From positions 1 through 38,072 of the forward strand of contig DASRQP010000313.1 of assembly GCA_035696585.1 (NCBI GenBank): a stretch of 38,072 nt of DNA, given 5' to 3'. Shown here piece by piece: positions 24,979 to 35,212 of this stretch; positions within the stretch are counted from its first letter, which is position 1, and every line of letters starts with the position of its first letter. The notes beneath the pieces were generated by a model. The model saw only the letters and a list, made by a program, of their open reading frames with translations. It was not told the DNA's origin and ran no database searches. The DNA comes from Candidatus Acidiferrales bacterium. GTDB taxonomy: Bacteria; Acidobacteriota; Terriglobia; Acidiferrales; UBA7541. Position numbers and translations under genes: made by a program.

Positions 24979-27900
24979 TCAGCGAGGCAACGGAACCAGC
25001 AACAATCGGCCATTCGCCTGGTCGACGACTGCGGCAACATTCGTCAAAGGGTCGATGGCGACGGAAAACTCAGCCGAGCCGCCCATGGGCAGCACGAACT
25101 CGACCTTACCAGCTTGGATCGACAACACCGAATTGGGGTTCGTGGCCAGAAAATTGAAGACCGACAGGGTGTTGGTGGCGTTATTTACGGTCACGCCGGT
25201 GCCGCTCTGGAAATTGTAGGCGATCGCGGTTGGATTGATACCCATGCGGATGGGCGTAGCCGTAAATGCTTTCGGATCGACCACCCCCAAATCGTTTTGA
25301 AGACTGTTGGCAACCAGGAACGTATCCGTTATGGGGTCAAACGCCGCGTCAGTCGGCACTTCAAAATTATTGAGGCGGCCCACGATGAAATGGCTTCCGA
25401 GATCCACGATATCAACCGTGTTCTGCGTGGTGGCGGTGACTGCCAAGAGATTATCGATGGGGTCGATGCTCACGCCGAATGGGCGCTGATCCACCGGAAT
25501 GCTAGCAGGCGCTGAGGAAATAGCACCGCTGCCGATCGTAAACTCCGAAACCGTATTCGAGTCACTGTTGGCCACAGCAACCGTGCCGGTGTCAGGCTGG
25601 ATAGCCACGCCCGCTGGAGATGTGCCGACTGTTACGGTTGCGGTCACGGCGTTGTTGACATAGTCAACGACCGTGGCGTCGCCACTGCCATTGTTTGCCA
25701 CCACGCCGAGGCCTAGTCGCGGAAGCACGGCGACGCCTTCCGGGCATGTACCCACCGAAAACGTGTTCGTCACAGATATCGAAGAAAGATTCACAACCGA
25801 AACAGTTCCAGTTCCCGTACAGGTTCCGGCCGAATTGAGCGCGCCCTGGCTGGTGACAAGCGCCTCGCCAAGATCGGGGTCGATCGCCACAGCAATTGGA
25901 TTCAGTCCAATCGGAATGGCGCCGATTACTGCGAAACTCTTCTCGTTCGAGGCCGAACCGCCGGGAGTCATTACATCCAAGGAAAAACGCCGCGGCGCCG
26001 CCAGCAGGTTTCCGGGAATTGTGGCCGTAGCTTGCCGGCCATTCGAACTGACCACTGTGGGGACGATTGTCCCATCCAGCCGCAGCTGCGAACCGGACAC
26101 AAATCCAAATCCGTTCACGGTGACGGCGAGCGAACCCGAACCTGGCGCCGTAAACGTGGTTCCCGGGCTGAGTTCCGTAATTTGCGGCGAGCGAATTGGG
26201 CCAAGAGGCAGAATGGAGATGTTGTTGCTACCAGAGTTCGCAATCACCGCAACGTTTTTCCCTGCGTCAATTGCCACCGCCTGGGGCAGCGTGCCAACAG
26301 CGATACTATTTCCAATCGGCTTCAGAGTTCGCAAATCGAGTACGGTGGCCGTTCCACCTATGCTGTTCAATACAACGCCAACGTCAGTGAGGGGATTAAC
26401 GGCGTCAGCGACTTCTCCTTGGGTCAATGAAACCGTATTTACGGTTTGATCGAGCACACTGAATAGAGTCAAGGTTGTTTGATTCGGATCGGTGAGGAGA
26501 GCCTCTTCGGTCTCCGTGTTGATCGCGACACCCTGAACGCTGGTTGACAATGTGGCGGAAGCGATCACGTTGGGTACACGCGCGACTTGGGTCGCCGTCG
26601 CCGCACTTCCCAGGTCCACAATGGTGACCGAACCAGAACCGCCGGGAGTCACGACAGCCCAGTTCAATTGCGGCTCGACGGCAATCGTGGGAGTGGGGCC
26701 AGTGCTGACGGGGCGCGTGTTGGTGTTCGGCGTAGTGGCACAATTATTGGCCATGCTCGCGTCGGAGCCGCCGAGCACGCACACCAGATTCGGGGGATTC
26801 GTTGACAGATCGACTACGGCAGCGACGTTCGTATTTGAGTATGCAACCAGCGCGCGGTGCGTCAGTGGATTTACCCCTACGGAATAAGGCGAAGGTGCCG
26901 GCGTGGTACCGGTAGGATTACTCGGGAGAGAAAACGCCGTCACGGCTTGGGTCTGAAGGTTCACGATGGAGAGCGTGTTGTCCGAGCTATTGACGACCGC
27001 AGCCAGATGCAAGATGTCGTCCACGCCAACGCCCGTGGGCGCATTTCCCACCGTGAGCGTGGCGCCCGCGGAGTTAGTGTCGAGATTTATGAGAGTTACG
27101 GCACCCGCGCTTCCGCTGGCTCCATGATCCACAACCACCGCAGTACCGAGCGCCGAATCGATCGCGACGGCGGTTGGCTGGGTGCCGACCGCGATAGGCG
27201 CAAGCGGCGCGGGAGGAATGTCCGTCGCCGACGGAGAGACGGCAACATTAACCGAAGCAACAGCCGGCAGCCCGCTTGGCACGTCGCTATTTTGCACAAG
27301 TATGGGAAACAACCCCGGCGTGGAAAAAGAAAAACCAGGCGCCGACAGCGTGGCTTGCAATTGGCGGCTGTTCACCAGAGTGGCGGGAAGAGTTTGATTC
27401 CCGGATGTGACTCGCGTTGACGATGAGAAATATCCGCCGTTCAAACTGAGAGTACCCGAAATTGTCGACGGGGGAAAACTGTCCGGGGTGGAAGCGACAA
27501 CCGCCGGCCGCGTGGGCTGTACAGTCAAAGGGGCTGGCTGGCTGGTGTCGCCATTTTGGCGCTCGACTGTGATCGCCAACGAACTGGGGGCCGGGCCAGC
27601 AAAGAAAGTAGAAGGGATGGTCGCACGGAGAGTATTTGCGCCGAGGAATGTGGTCGCCACAGGCGCGCCATTGACCAGAATCTGGCTGGTGGAAAAGAAA
27701 TTGCTGCCGAACAAATAGACGTCCTGTTGGAACAACCCTTCAACAGCGCTGCTCGGCTCCAACGGAATCGCGCTGAAGCTGGGATCAGAGCCGGCAATAG
27801 CGCTGACTGAGGCGGAAGCGGACTGCCGGGAATCCGCAGCGGAAGTAGCGGTAATGGTGACGCTGGCTTGCGCCGCTGGGGGAGCGGTGTAGCAAGCAAC

Positions 27901-28533
27901 GCTCATGCCTGGCGTGGCGGGGTTCGGCGGAATAGGAGTGATGGGCATGCTCACGCTGCAAGCGGTAGGAACAATGGTGCCCACAGTTGAATTTCCGTTC
28001 GCAATTTGATTTACGGACCAATTGACGGCCGTATTCGAATTTCCGGACACGGTTGCGGTAAATTGGAACTGCTCCGTGGTGCCGATCGCGGCGCTTGAAG
28101 GAGTAACCGAAACGCGTATGCCGGTGTCGAGGCTGACATTGGTGATGGCAAAGACCGCCGTATCCGCTTGGCTGATCGCAACGATGCTAACCACCGGAGG
28201 GCTCGGCAGATTTGCGGGAGCGGTATAAAGACCGGTAGTGCTTATGGTTCCAAGGGTGGCGTTTCCGCCTGTAACGCAGCCGGTCGGCATGGTGATGTTG
28301 GTTACTGTAGAACTACCCGTGGCATTGCTTGCAGGCGCTTGATTGCAGACGTCCCAGGTAACCGTGGTGTTCGCTTCGCCGACTACAGAGGCACCATACT
28401 GCTGCGTGCCCGCGAGGACCACCGTCTGATTGACCGGCGACACCGTGACGGTCACAGGCGTGGAAGCGCCTCCGCCACAGCCTGCTATGAGTGCAGCCAA
28501 AGCTACAGTGATTCCCCACTTACCCGATCTCAT
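24979..28533 (-). CDS. 1184-aa surface/periplasmic lipoprotein: 2 Big_2-like Ig domains, 3 IPT/TIG-like domains and two seven-blade YVTN beta-propellers
   Basis: Lipobox LIAG-C19, with GGAGGA SD. Ig-like domains: VTVSPVNQTVVLAGTQQYGASV...VTWDV and VSVTPSSAAIGTTEQFQFTATV...VNWSV. IPT-like domains: LFGSNF...ILVNGAPV...LRATIP; LSLNGGYF...LQATLS; VTVNGFGF...LRLDGTIV...ATATIP. There are 7 + 7 repeats of the VGxxPxGVAIDxxxxxAxVANxxxNTVSVIDL type (aa ~445-778 and ~870-1184). Confidence 0.8.
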   Translation of the reverse strand: MRSGKWGITVALAALIAGCGGGASTPVTVTVSPVNQTVVLAGTQQYGASVVGEANTTVTWDVCNQAPASNATGSSTVTNITMPTGCVTGGNATLGTISTTGLYTAPANLPSPPVVSIVAISQADTAVFAITNVSLDTGIRVSVTPSSAAIGTTEQFQFTATVSGNSNTAVNWSVNQIANGNSTVGTIVPTACSVSMPITPIPPNPATPGMSVACYTAPPAAQASVTITATSAADSRQSASASVSAIAGSDPSFSAIPLEPSSAVEGLFQQDVYLFGSNFFSTSQILVNGAPVATTFLGANTLRATIPSTFFAGPAPSSLAITVERQNGDTSQPAPLTVQPTRPAVVASTPDSFPPSTISGTLSLNGGYFSSSTRVTSGNQTLPATLVNSRQLQATLSAPGFSFSTPGLFPILVQNSDVPSGLPAVASVNVAVSPSATDIPPAPLAPIAVGTQPTAVAIDSALGTAVVVDHGASGSAGAVTLINLDTNSAGATLTVGNAPTGVGVDDILHLAAVVNSSDNTLSIVNLQTQAVTAFSLPSNPTGTTPAPSPYSVGVNPLTHRALVAYSNTNVAAVVDLSTNPPNLVCVLGGSDASMANNCATTPNTNTRPVSTGPTPTIAVEPQLNWAVVTPGGSGSVTIVDLGSAATATQVARVPNVIASATLSTSVQGVAINTETEEALLTDPNQTTLTLFSVLDQTVNTVSLTQGEVADAVNPLTDVGVVLNSIGGTATVLDLRTLKPIGNSIAVGTLPQAVAIDAGKNVAVIANSGSNNISILPLGPIRSPQITELSPGTTFTAPGSGSLAVTVNGFGFVSGSQLRLDGTIVPTVVSSNGRQATATIPGNLLAAPRRFSLDVMTPGGSASNEKSFAVIGAIPIGLNPIAVAIDPDLGEALVTSQGALNSAGTCTGTGTVSVVNLSSISVTNTFSVGTCPEGVAVLPRLGLGVVANNGSGDATVVDYVNNAVTATVTVGTSPAGVAIQPDTGTVAVANSDSNTVSEFTIGSGAISSAPASIPVDQRPFGVSIDPIDNLLAVTATTQNTVDIVDLGSHFIVGRLNNFEVPTDAAFDPITDTFLVANSLQNDLGVVDPKAFTATPIRMGINPTAIAYNFQSGTGVTVNNATNTLSVFNFLATNPNSVLSIQAGKVEFVLPMGGSAEFSVAIDPLTNVAAVVDQANGRLLLVPLPR

Positions 28534-28619
28534 CCACGTCCTCCAAAATCTCCGGCCACGTTCGCGGGACCCGCTCGGCTTGTCTCGACGCGTTCATGTG
28601 CTGTGAGTCCACTCCCACC

Positions 28620-31529
28620 TTAGAACGTCCGCGCAATCGTGAAGCGGAACGTGCTGCGCGGCTCAACAAGCCCGGTTGGAAATCTTTGAATCTGCTGATC
28701 CAGAATATTATTCAATGTAGGAATAATCTGGGACTGCAATACACCCGGCGGCAAAGCCGCCATTTGTTCAGGACTGATAAAGTACGCACCACGAGGGCCC
28801 TCAATCGTTTGATTGAGACGAGTGGGATTATAAGCGTAATAGAAACGGAAAGGCGCCCGCACAATCGGCAGGAAAACGACGAACTCGATTCCAGTGGAAG
28901 TGCGCGGCTTGAAATTCGTACCCCCAACAACGGAGAGGGTCTGAGATACCTTCGTATTCAGGAAGAGAGGATTTGGGAACTCCGAACTCAATTGCTGGAC
29001 GGCGGTCGGATCCAGCCTCAACTGGCTGGACCGTAGGATTCCGTCGAGACCGACATCCGCGAAAAGGTCCATGCTCACCGGGCCAGCGATTGGAATGCGA
29101 TACTCGAAGTTGCCAACAGCTTGGAGATCTCCACCGGGCCGAGTGGCGAAGTATTGAAGCACCGGGACGCTGATTGTCTGCACCGTCGGGGCGCCGCTCG
29201 AATTCAGGACGGTCGGGTTTACAAAGCTGATCGGCGTGTTTACAGCGGACGGGATAAACGTCCACGGAGAAATATTGAAAAAGTCGAAACCTCGAACCGT
29301 GTCTTCACCACCAATGTAGAAGCGCTCGTAGGGCGGAATTACTCTGCCGCCGTAACCCGTCGCCCATGCCGATTGGACACGCACGCCGATGACATTGCGC
29401 TTATGGAAAGTGGGATGGAAGTATGTCATCTGAAAAACATTTGAGATGGCATCCACGCTGCCACCCAAGGGGCCGCCCTCAAATCCGATCGAATAAGAAA
29501 GGCTCTTGCCGCCCGTCGGATTCAATTGATCGTTCACCGTGTTGTAACTAATCGAGGGACTAATTTTGCTGGAGACAATTCCGTTGAGCGCGGAGGAGCC
29601 CTCGAGGCTGCTGAACTGCAGGGATTGGAAAAGCAATTGGGAGGCTTGGCTGAACGCTGTGATATCGCTCTTGGTCCAACCATAGGTGATCCCGAGCCGC
29701 GCGAACGCGAAACGGTGCAGCGGGTAGCTGGCGAAAAGAGTAAAACCTTTGCTGTTCTGGCTGTAATTTTGGGCCAACGATGGGTTGATAGCGAGGTTTT
29801 GGCCCGCCAGAATCGACAGTTCTTTCTGCTGGTTGAAATTGAACTTGTTAGAAAAAATCGTGAAGCCGGTCGAAATGGGGCGATCGAAAAGATAGGGCTC
29901 CGTAAAGCCGAACAGGATATTGCGTTGGATGCTGCCGAATTGAGTGGAAAAGGTCAGCGTCTCGCCCAGGCCGAGAAAATTATTGGTCTGATAGGCGAGG
30001 CTAAGGAAACTCCCGGCGAGGCCGCTGACGCCTCCTGAAAAGCTGATGGACTGTTTCCCCTTCTCTTTTACCTTGAGAGTAATGTCGACGGTCCCTGCCT
30101 TAACGTCGCGCTTCAGGTCGGCGTTTTCTTTCTTAATCTCGTTGAAGTAGCCGAGTTGGTTCAAGCGCAGGATACTGAGTTCCCAGTAACGATCATTGAA
30201 GAGAGCGCCTTCATCGAGGAGCAACTCGCGTCGAATCACCTTGTCACGCGTGGTTGTGTTGCCCTGGAATTCGATGCGCCGAACGAAAAATTGCTTCTCC
30301 TGGTCAAAATCCAAGGTGAGATTGATAGTCTTGGTGGCGGCGTCTTCATCGAATTCGGGAGAGGCGGTAAAATCAATGTATCCGAACTCGCCGTAGAGTT
30401 TTGTGTAGTTGTCGATCGCCTTGCGAATTTTCGATACGTCGAAGATCTGCCCTTTCTTGAGCGGAAATATGGTTTCAAGAAACTCGGGCTTGAAGTACAA
30501 GTTCTCGTCAGGATTGGCGCTGCGAATCACCAGCCTTCCCATGTGGTACTGCGAACCTTCCTCAATGGGAATGGTGATGTCGGTGCGAATGCCGCGAGTG
30601 CGGCCGATATACGGGATGGGGCCAATCGGCAAGCCGTTGTGCTGCACCTTGACGTTATTGAGGGTCGGTTCATTCACAACGACGCGGAAGTAGCCGTGGT
30701 CGCGGTAGAGGCCCGTAACTCCCACCGCCATGTCCTCGTCCAGTTTGTCGCGATCGTAGGTCTTGCTCCAAATATTGATGTCGGCAAATCCCAATGGAAT
30801 CGCAATGGGCCGCGAGTGGCGCATCGAGCGGATGATTTTTTCGGCGGAAAAAACGTGGTTACCCTGGATAATGATCCGGCCAACCTTGACCTTAGGCCCT
30901 TCGTCGATATTAAACGTGAGAGTAACCGAATTTGTAGCCGGGATGCGCTCGTAGGTCGGTTTCACGGTGGCATACATGTGGCCGTGCTCAGCAAGCAATT
31001 GCTGAATCACCACTTCGGCGCGTTTTACCTTCGTGGGATCGAAGCGGCTCTCAACGGACAAATCTACTTTGCGATCCTTAAACGCGTCGAGAATGTCGGA
31101 TTCGGAAACGGATTTATTCCCTTTGTAATTGATGTTACGAATCGTGGGCCGCTCTTGAACGTAAAAAACAAGGATTTTCCCGTTCGGATTGTCCGGGCTA
31201 TTTTCCACTTCCAGACGGATATCCTCAAAGAACTGGGTATTCCATAGCGCGCGAAAATCGCGGCGGACGGCTTCCGGACTGTAAGGATCACCCTGGCGCG
31301 AGAAAATGCGCGCCATAAGCGTCTCGCGCTGAATGCGGCGATTGCCTACAAATTCAATTCGCTCAATCACCGCTTGCTGAGAAGCAGTTGAATTAGCCGG
31401 CTGTTGCGTTGCGGGAAGCTGCTGCGCGCGAACAGAAGGGGACAAAAACGCGAGCAAGCATCCGCACGCCACCAAGAGAGCGCTGGCGTGCAGACAATAT
31501 TTCCTCTGTGCGGCTCCAACGCAAATCAA
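28620..31529 (-). CDS. bamA: outer membrane protein assembly factor BamA
   Basis: 969 aa with a signal peptide ending VRAQQ. POTRA repeats are present (IERIEFVGNRRIQRETL...; IRNINYKGNKSV...; IIIQGNHVFS...; VRRIEFQGNTTTRDKVIRREL). The beta-barrel carries RFYIGGEDTVRGF (VRGY-type loop-6 motif) and a C-terminal ...FRFTIARTF ending in Phe. The start (TTG 31529) is uncertain. Confidence 0.9.
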   Translation of the reverse strand: MICVGAAQRKYCLHASALLVACGCLLAFLSPSVRAQQLPATQQPANSTASQQAVIERIEFVGNRRIQRETLMARIFSRQGDPYSPEAVRRDFRALWNTQFFEDIRLEVENSPDNPNGKILVFYVQERPTIRNINYKGNKSVSESDILDAFKDRKVDLSVESRFDPTKVKRAEVVIQQLLAEHGHMYATVKPTYERIPATNSVTLTFNIDEGPKVKVGRIIIQGNHVFSAEKIIRSMRHSRPIAIPLGFADINIWSKTYDRDKLDEDMAVGVTGLYRDHGYFRVVVNEPTLNNVKVQHNGLPIGPIPYIGRTRGIRTDITIPIEEGSQYHMGRLVIRSANPDENLYFKPEFLETIFPLKKGQIFDVSKIRKAIDNYTKLYGEFGYIDFTASPEFDEDAATKTINLTLDFDQEKQFFVRRIEFQGNTTTRDKVIRRELLLDEGALFNDRYWELSILRLNQLGYFNEIKKENADLKRDVKAGTVDITLKVKEKGKQSISFSGGVSGLAGSFLSLAYQTNNFLGLGETLTFSTQFGSIQRNILFGFTEPYLFDRPISTGFTIFSNKFNFNQQKELSILAGQNLAINPSLAQNYSQNSKGFTLFASYPLHRFAFARLGITYGWTKSDITAFSQASQLLFQSLQFSSLEGSSALNGIVSSKISPSISYNTVNDQLNPTGGKSLSYSIGFEGGPLGGSVDAISNVFQMTYFHPTFHKRNVIGVRVQSAWATGYGGRVIPPYERFYIGGEDTVRGFDFFNISPWTFIPSAVNTPISFVNPTVLNSSGAPTVQTISVPVLQYFATRPGGDLQAVGNFEYRIPIAGPVSMDLFADVGLDGILRSSQLRLDPTAVQQLSSEFPNPLFLNTKVSQTLSVVGGTNFKPRTSTGIEFVVFLPIVRAPFRFYYAYNPTRLNQTIEGPRGAYFISPEQMAALPPGVLQSQIIPTLNNILDQQIQRFPTGLVEPRSTFRFTIARTF

Positions 31530-31565
31530 AGCCGCGCTCCGCCTTCCAATGTTTTGTACTCCCCC

Positions 31566-31590
31566 TGCCAGACCGTCCCCACGGCTGGCA
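31566..31590 (-). other. stable stem-loop after clpC without a U tract
   Basis: The minus-strand RNA is UGCCAG-CCGU-GGGG-ACGG-U-CUGGCA, giving 10 bp with one bulge. It is followed by GGGGGAGUAC with no U run, in the 78-nt clpC-bamA spacer. Confidence 0.3.
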
Positions 31591-31607
31591 CGCGCGTGTA
31601 GGATTCC

Positions 31608-34034
31608 TTAGTGGGCCACTGGGGTTGCTTCTACCACCGGACGGAAACCCAGGCCATCAGTGGTGAGATAAATCTCAATGATGGCTGGTCGTTGAAGCCC
31701 GCCCTGGATTAACGCCTCCGAAAGCGGATCCTCGACGTACTTCTGAAGAGCGCGGCGGAGCGGACGTGCGCCATAGTTGCGATCGGTGCAGGTCTTTTCC
31801 AGAATCCACTGGCGCGCTTCGGGCGTCATTTGAATCTGCACCTGGCGATGGACCAGCGTGTCGTTAATCTGACTCACCAGCAGGTCAATAATGCGCGACA
31901 AATCATCGTCCGTAAGCGCGTTGAACAAAATTACTTCGTCCAGCCGGTTCAAAAATTCCGGATTGAACACCCGCTTGACCTCGGCCATCACAATATCATC
32001 CAAGCTCTTCGCGTGTGTGTCTCCCAAGCCGGACTGGAAACCCAAAGTAGCCTGTTTCTGGAGAGCGCGCGCGCCGATATTCGAAGTCATGATGATGATC
32101 GTATTGCGGAAATCCACCGTGTTACCGAGGCCGTCCGTCAGCTGCCCGTCCTCGAATACCTGCAGCAAAATATTGTAAACGTCCGGGTGCGCCTTCTCGA
32201 TTTCATCGAGCAGGATGATGGAATACGGAGTGCGGCGAACGCGCTCCGTCAGTTGCCCGCCCTCTTCGTAGCCGACATAACCTGGAGGCGCGCCGATGAG
32301 CTTCGAGACCGAATGCTTTTCCATGTATTCGGACATATCAAAGCGCACCAGCGATTTCTCCGTGCCAAAAAGGAATTCCGCAAGACGGCGCGCGACCTCT
32401 GTCTTTCCTACACCCGTCGGGCCCAGGAAAAGGAAACAGCCCACTGGCCGGCCAGGAGCTTTAAGTCCTGCGCGACTGCGGCGGATGGCGCGTGCGAGAG
32501 CCGTGATGGCTTTATCCTGGCTGATGACGCGCTTGTGCAGCTCGTCCTCGATGCGCAGCAACTTCTGCTGCTCATCTTCCTTGATAGCGTTGACGGCGAC
32601 GCCAGTCCAACGCGCCACTACTTCCTCGATGTCGTCGCGTGTGACTGTGCCCGTGGATGAATCGTCGATCTTCAATTTCTCGCGAAGGGCGCGCAGATTC
32701 TCTTTTTCTTTGCGCTCCTCTTCGGAATAGAAACGCGCCTTTTCAAATTCATGATTGGCAATGGCGGTTTCCATGCGGTGGGTGATGAACTTCACGCGTT
32801 TTTGCGCTTCGGAAACTTCCTCAGGGAGCATGGCTTGACGCAATTTCACCCGTGCACCCGACTCGTCAATCAAATCGATCGCCTTATCCGGAAGGAAGCG
32901 GTCGGGAATATAACGATTCGAAAGATAGACCGCATATTGGATCGCTTCGTCGGTATAGGAAACGGCGTGGAATTTCTCATAGCGGTCCCGGACGCCTTGC
33001 AAAACGCGGATCGCCTCTTCCTCGTTGGGAGCGGAGACTTTGACAGACTGGAAGCGGCGTTCGAGCGAGCGATCTTTTTCAACCGACTTGCGATATTCGC
33101 CCGGCGTCGTCGCGCCGATGCACTGAATCTCACCGCGGCTTAACGCGGGCTTTAGAATGTTGGCGGCATCGAGAGAACCCTCGGCGGAGCCCGCGCCGAC
33201 GAGCGTGTGGAGTTCATCGATGAAAACGATGGCGTTTTGGCTCTCCATCAACTCCTTCATGATGGTCTTTAGGCGTTCTTCGAACTGGCCGCGGTATTTC
33301 GTGCCCGCGACAATCAAGGAAAGGTCCAGAGAAAGAATGCGTTTGTCGGCGAGGAACGGCGGGACGTCACCGTCGGCAATGCGCTGTGCCAGTCCTTCAA
33401 CGATGGCTGTTTTGCCGACGCCGGGTTCGCCGATCAGCACAGGGTTGTTCTTCGTGCGGCGGCAAAGGATTTGGATGGCCCTCTCAAGCTCGCGATCGCG
33501 TCCAACAAGCGGATCGAGCGTACCGTCCATGGCGGCCTGAGTGAGGTCCCGGCTGAATTCTGCGAGCAACGAAGTTTCTTTCGGTCGATTTACAGGCACT
33601 TTTTCACCCGCGCTGCGCGCAAGCTCCTCGCGCACGCCTGAAAGACGCAATCCCCGCTCTTGCAAAATCTCCGCGCCGAACGACTTCTCTTCACGCAAAA
33701 TCCCCAACAGCAAATGTTCAGTTCCCACGTGCTTGTGATTCAGACGCTCAGCCTCTTCGGCCGCGTAATTCAGAATGCGGCGGCATTCCTGGCTGAGCGG
33801 CACCTCAACGGAGGTGGAAATCCGCTCGCGCACGGTGATGCGCGATTCAATTTCTTTGCGGATGGATTCGATCGTACCATGCGCTCTCAGGAAGCGATTA
33901 GCGAGCGCCTTGTCCTCCCGCAGAAGACCCAGAAGCAAATGTTCGGTCTCAATATAAGGGCTGCCGTACTGGCTAGCTTCATATCGCGCGAAAAAAATCA
34001 CGCGCCGAGCCTTCTCCGTATAGCGTTCAAACAC
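31608..34034 (-). CDS. clpC: ATP-dependent Clp protease ATP-binding subunit ClpC-like (class I AAA+)
   Basis: 808 aa with two Clp_N repeats ([20 protein letters not shown]...[13 protein letters not shown]; [14 protein letters not shown]). NBD1 has [14 protein letters not shown], a UVR-like motif is present ([17 protein letters not shown]), and NBD2 has [21 protein letters not shown] start lies 3 nt after the lolD stop. Confidence 0.9.
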   Translation of the reverse strand: MFERYTEKARRVIFFARYEASQYGSPYIETEHLLLGLLREDKALANRFLRAHGTIESIRKEIESRITVRERISTSVEVPLSQECRRILNYAAEEAERLNHKHVGTEHLLLGILREEKSFGAEILQERGLRLSGVREELARSAGEKVPVNRPKETSLLAEFSRDLTQAAMDGTLDPLVGRDRELERAIQILCRRTKNNPVLIGEPGVGKTAIVEGLAQRIADGDVPPFLADKRILSLDLSLIVAGTKYRGQFEERLKTIMKELMESQNAIVFIDELHTLVGAGSAEGSLDAANILKPALSRGEIQCIGATTPGEYRKSVEKDRSLERRFQSVKVSAPNEEEAIRVLQGVRDRYEKFHAVSYTDEAIQYAVYLSNRYIPDRFLPDKAIDLIDESGARVKLRQAMLPEEVSEAQKRVKFITHRMETAIANHEFEKARFYSEEERKEKENLRALREKLKIDDSSTGTVTRDDIEEVVARWTGVAVNAIKEDEQQKLLRIEDELHKRVISQDKAITALARAIRRSRAGLKAPGRPVGCFLFLGPTGVGKTEVARRLAEFLFGTEKSLVRFDMSEYMEKHSVSKLIGAPPGYVGYEEGGQLTERVRRTPYSIILLDEIEKAHPDVYNILLQVFEDGQLTDGLGNTVDFRNTIIIMTSNIGARALQKQATLGFQSGLGDTHAKSLDDIVMAEVKRVFNPEFLNRLDEVILFNALTDDDLSRIIDLLVSQINDTLVHRQVQIQMTPEARQWILEKTCTDRNYGARPLRRALQKYVEDPLSEALIQGGLQRPAIIEIYLTTDGLGFRPVVEATPVAH

Positions 34035-34037
34035 AGG

Positions 34038-34883
34038 TCACCCGAGCCCTTCCAGGCTAGAAGAATTTCCCGACACGCCACGCCCGTCGGCACGAGGCGC
34101 AACAGCTTCGTCATCCGACACCAACAAACCGTGCTCCAAACGCATCACGCGGTCCGCGCGCCGCGCCAGGGAAAGATTATGGGTTGCAAGAATCGAAGTC
34201 AGATGATGGGACCGGTGTAAGCGCTGCATGAGTTCGAAGATCGACTCCGTAGTTTCCTCGTCCAAATCGCCCGTAGGTTCATCGGCCAGCAACAACTTTG
34301 GCCGGGTTATCAGGGCCCGAGCAATTGCAACCCGTTGCTGTTCCCCGCCCGAGAGTTCGCCCGCACGATGCTGCGTGCGGTCCGAGAGGCCAACTTCATT
34401 CAGCCATTCGCGCGCCACATTGAGCGCTGCGCTCGCTGCGTTCCCCCGAATCAACAGCGGCATCGCCACGTTTTCCAGGGCAGTGAAGTCAGCCAGCAAC
34501 TGATGTCTCTGCCAGATAAAACCCACGGCGCGGCTGCGGAAGTCTACCAAGTCGCATTCCGCAAACCCTGCCAGCGAATTTCCGCCGAAGTATACTGTAC
34601 CGCTTGTTGGCATGTCCAGCGCGGCCAGGAGATGCAGTAAAGTGCTCTTGCCCGAGCCCGAAGGGCCAACGAGAGCCACCATCTCGCCAGACGCAACCGC
34701 GAAGCTCACGCCTGAAAGAGCGATAATCTCAGCAGCACCGGAGTGAAACAGTTTCCGCAAGCCATCTATGCGCAGGAGTTCCGTGGGTCCGTTCTGCACA
34801 GATGTGGACGCTCGCTGGCTCGGTGCCATCGCTGATCCAGTCGATGTCAGGGTCGATGCCGGGCTTGGGCTCGTCATTGTCAT
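34038..34883 (-). CDS. lolD: lipoprotein-releasing system ATP-binding protein LolD
   Basis: 281 aa with Walker [10 protein letters not shown], signature [15 protein letters not shown] and Walker [13 protein letters not shown]. It has an S/T-rich N-terminal extension and pairs with the upstream LolC/E-type permease. Confidence 0.8.
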   Translation of the reverse strand: MTMTSPSPASTLTSTGSAMAPSQRASTSVQNGPTELLRIDGLRKLFHSGAAEIIALSGVSFAVASGEMVALVGPSGSGKSTLLHLLAALDMPTSGTVYFGGNSLAGFAECDLVDFRSRAVGFIWQRHQLLADFTALENVAMPLLIRGNAASAALNVAREWLNEVGLSDRTQHRAGELSGGEQQRVAIARALITRPKLLLADEPTGDLDEETTESIFELMQRLHRSHHLTSILATHNLSLARRADRVMRLEHGLLVSDDEAVAPRADGRGVSGNSSSLEGLG

Positions 34884-34918
34884 CGATTTCGCCGTGGACT
34901 CGTCGTGAGCTTGCTCAT
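34880..34918 (-). CDS. candidate 12-codon upstream ORF translationally coupled to lolD
   Basis: ATG 34918 encodes [16 protein letters not shown] lies 3 nt upstream. Its TGA overlaps the lolD ATG (ATGA), and lolD itself has no recognisable SD. Confidence 0.2.
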   Translation of the reverse strand: MSKLTTSPRRNR

Positions 34919-35032
34919 AAACTCCACTAATCCCTTGTCACTTCCCGTGCCGAACCTCCCAGTCACTTATCTCTTTGGATTCTGCGGCTTATCAAAAGGT
35001 CGCTTCCTGCTCCTCTTCGCAACTCCAAGTTC

Positions 35033-35051
35033 TTGCACATTATGAGTGCAA
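35033..35051. promoter_or_regulatory. perfect inverted repeat TTGCAC-N7-GTGCAA in the lolE/lolD-clpC gap
   Basis: The 6-bp arms are separated by ATTATGA. It lies 150-168 nt upstream of the lolD ATG. Confidence 0.3.
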
Positions 35052-35212
35052 AAGTTCCTATCCGTCGAAAAGATCCCGGCGAAATCGACTGATCCACAAC
35101 TCCATTGTAGCACGTTGTCTTTCGGTGCCCGTGTTTACACACGCATGCATTGCGTGGGCATAAACCGTGCCGAGTCATGGGACTTCAGTTCTGGGAAAGC
35201 GCCCCTCGCAAT

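Noticed and set aside
35033-35051. CIRCE (HrcA operator) upstream of lolD-clpC
   Set aside because: TTTGCACTC resembles the CIRCE left arm TTAGCACTC. However, the spacer is 7 nt rather than 9, and the right arm GTGCAA does not extend to GAGTGCTAA. I keep it only as a generic inverted repeat.
34963-35178. 71-aa minus-strand ORF (and 62/74-aa plus-strand ORFs) inside the lolE-lolD gap
   Set aside because: There is no SD. The composition is Arg/Cys-rich with no motif or hydrophobic segment, and the ORF crosses the hairpin and the inverted repeat. It is more likely non-coding leader.
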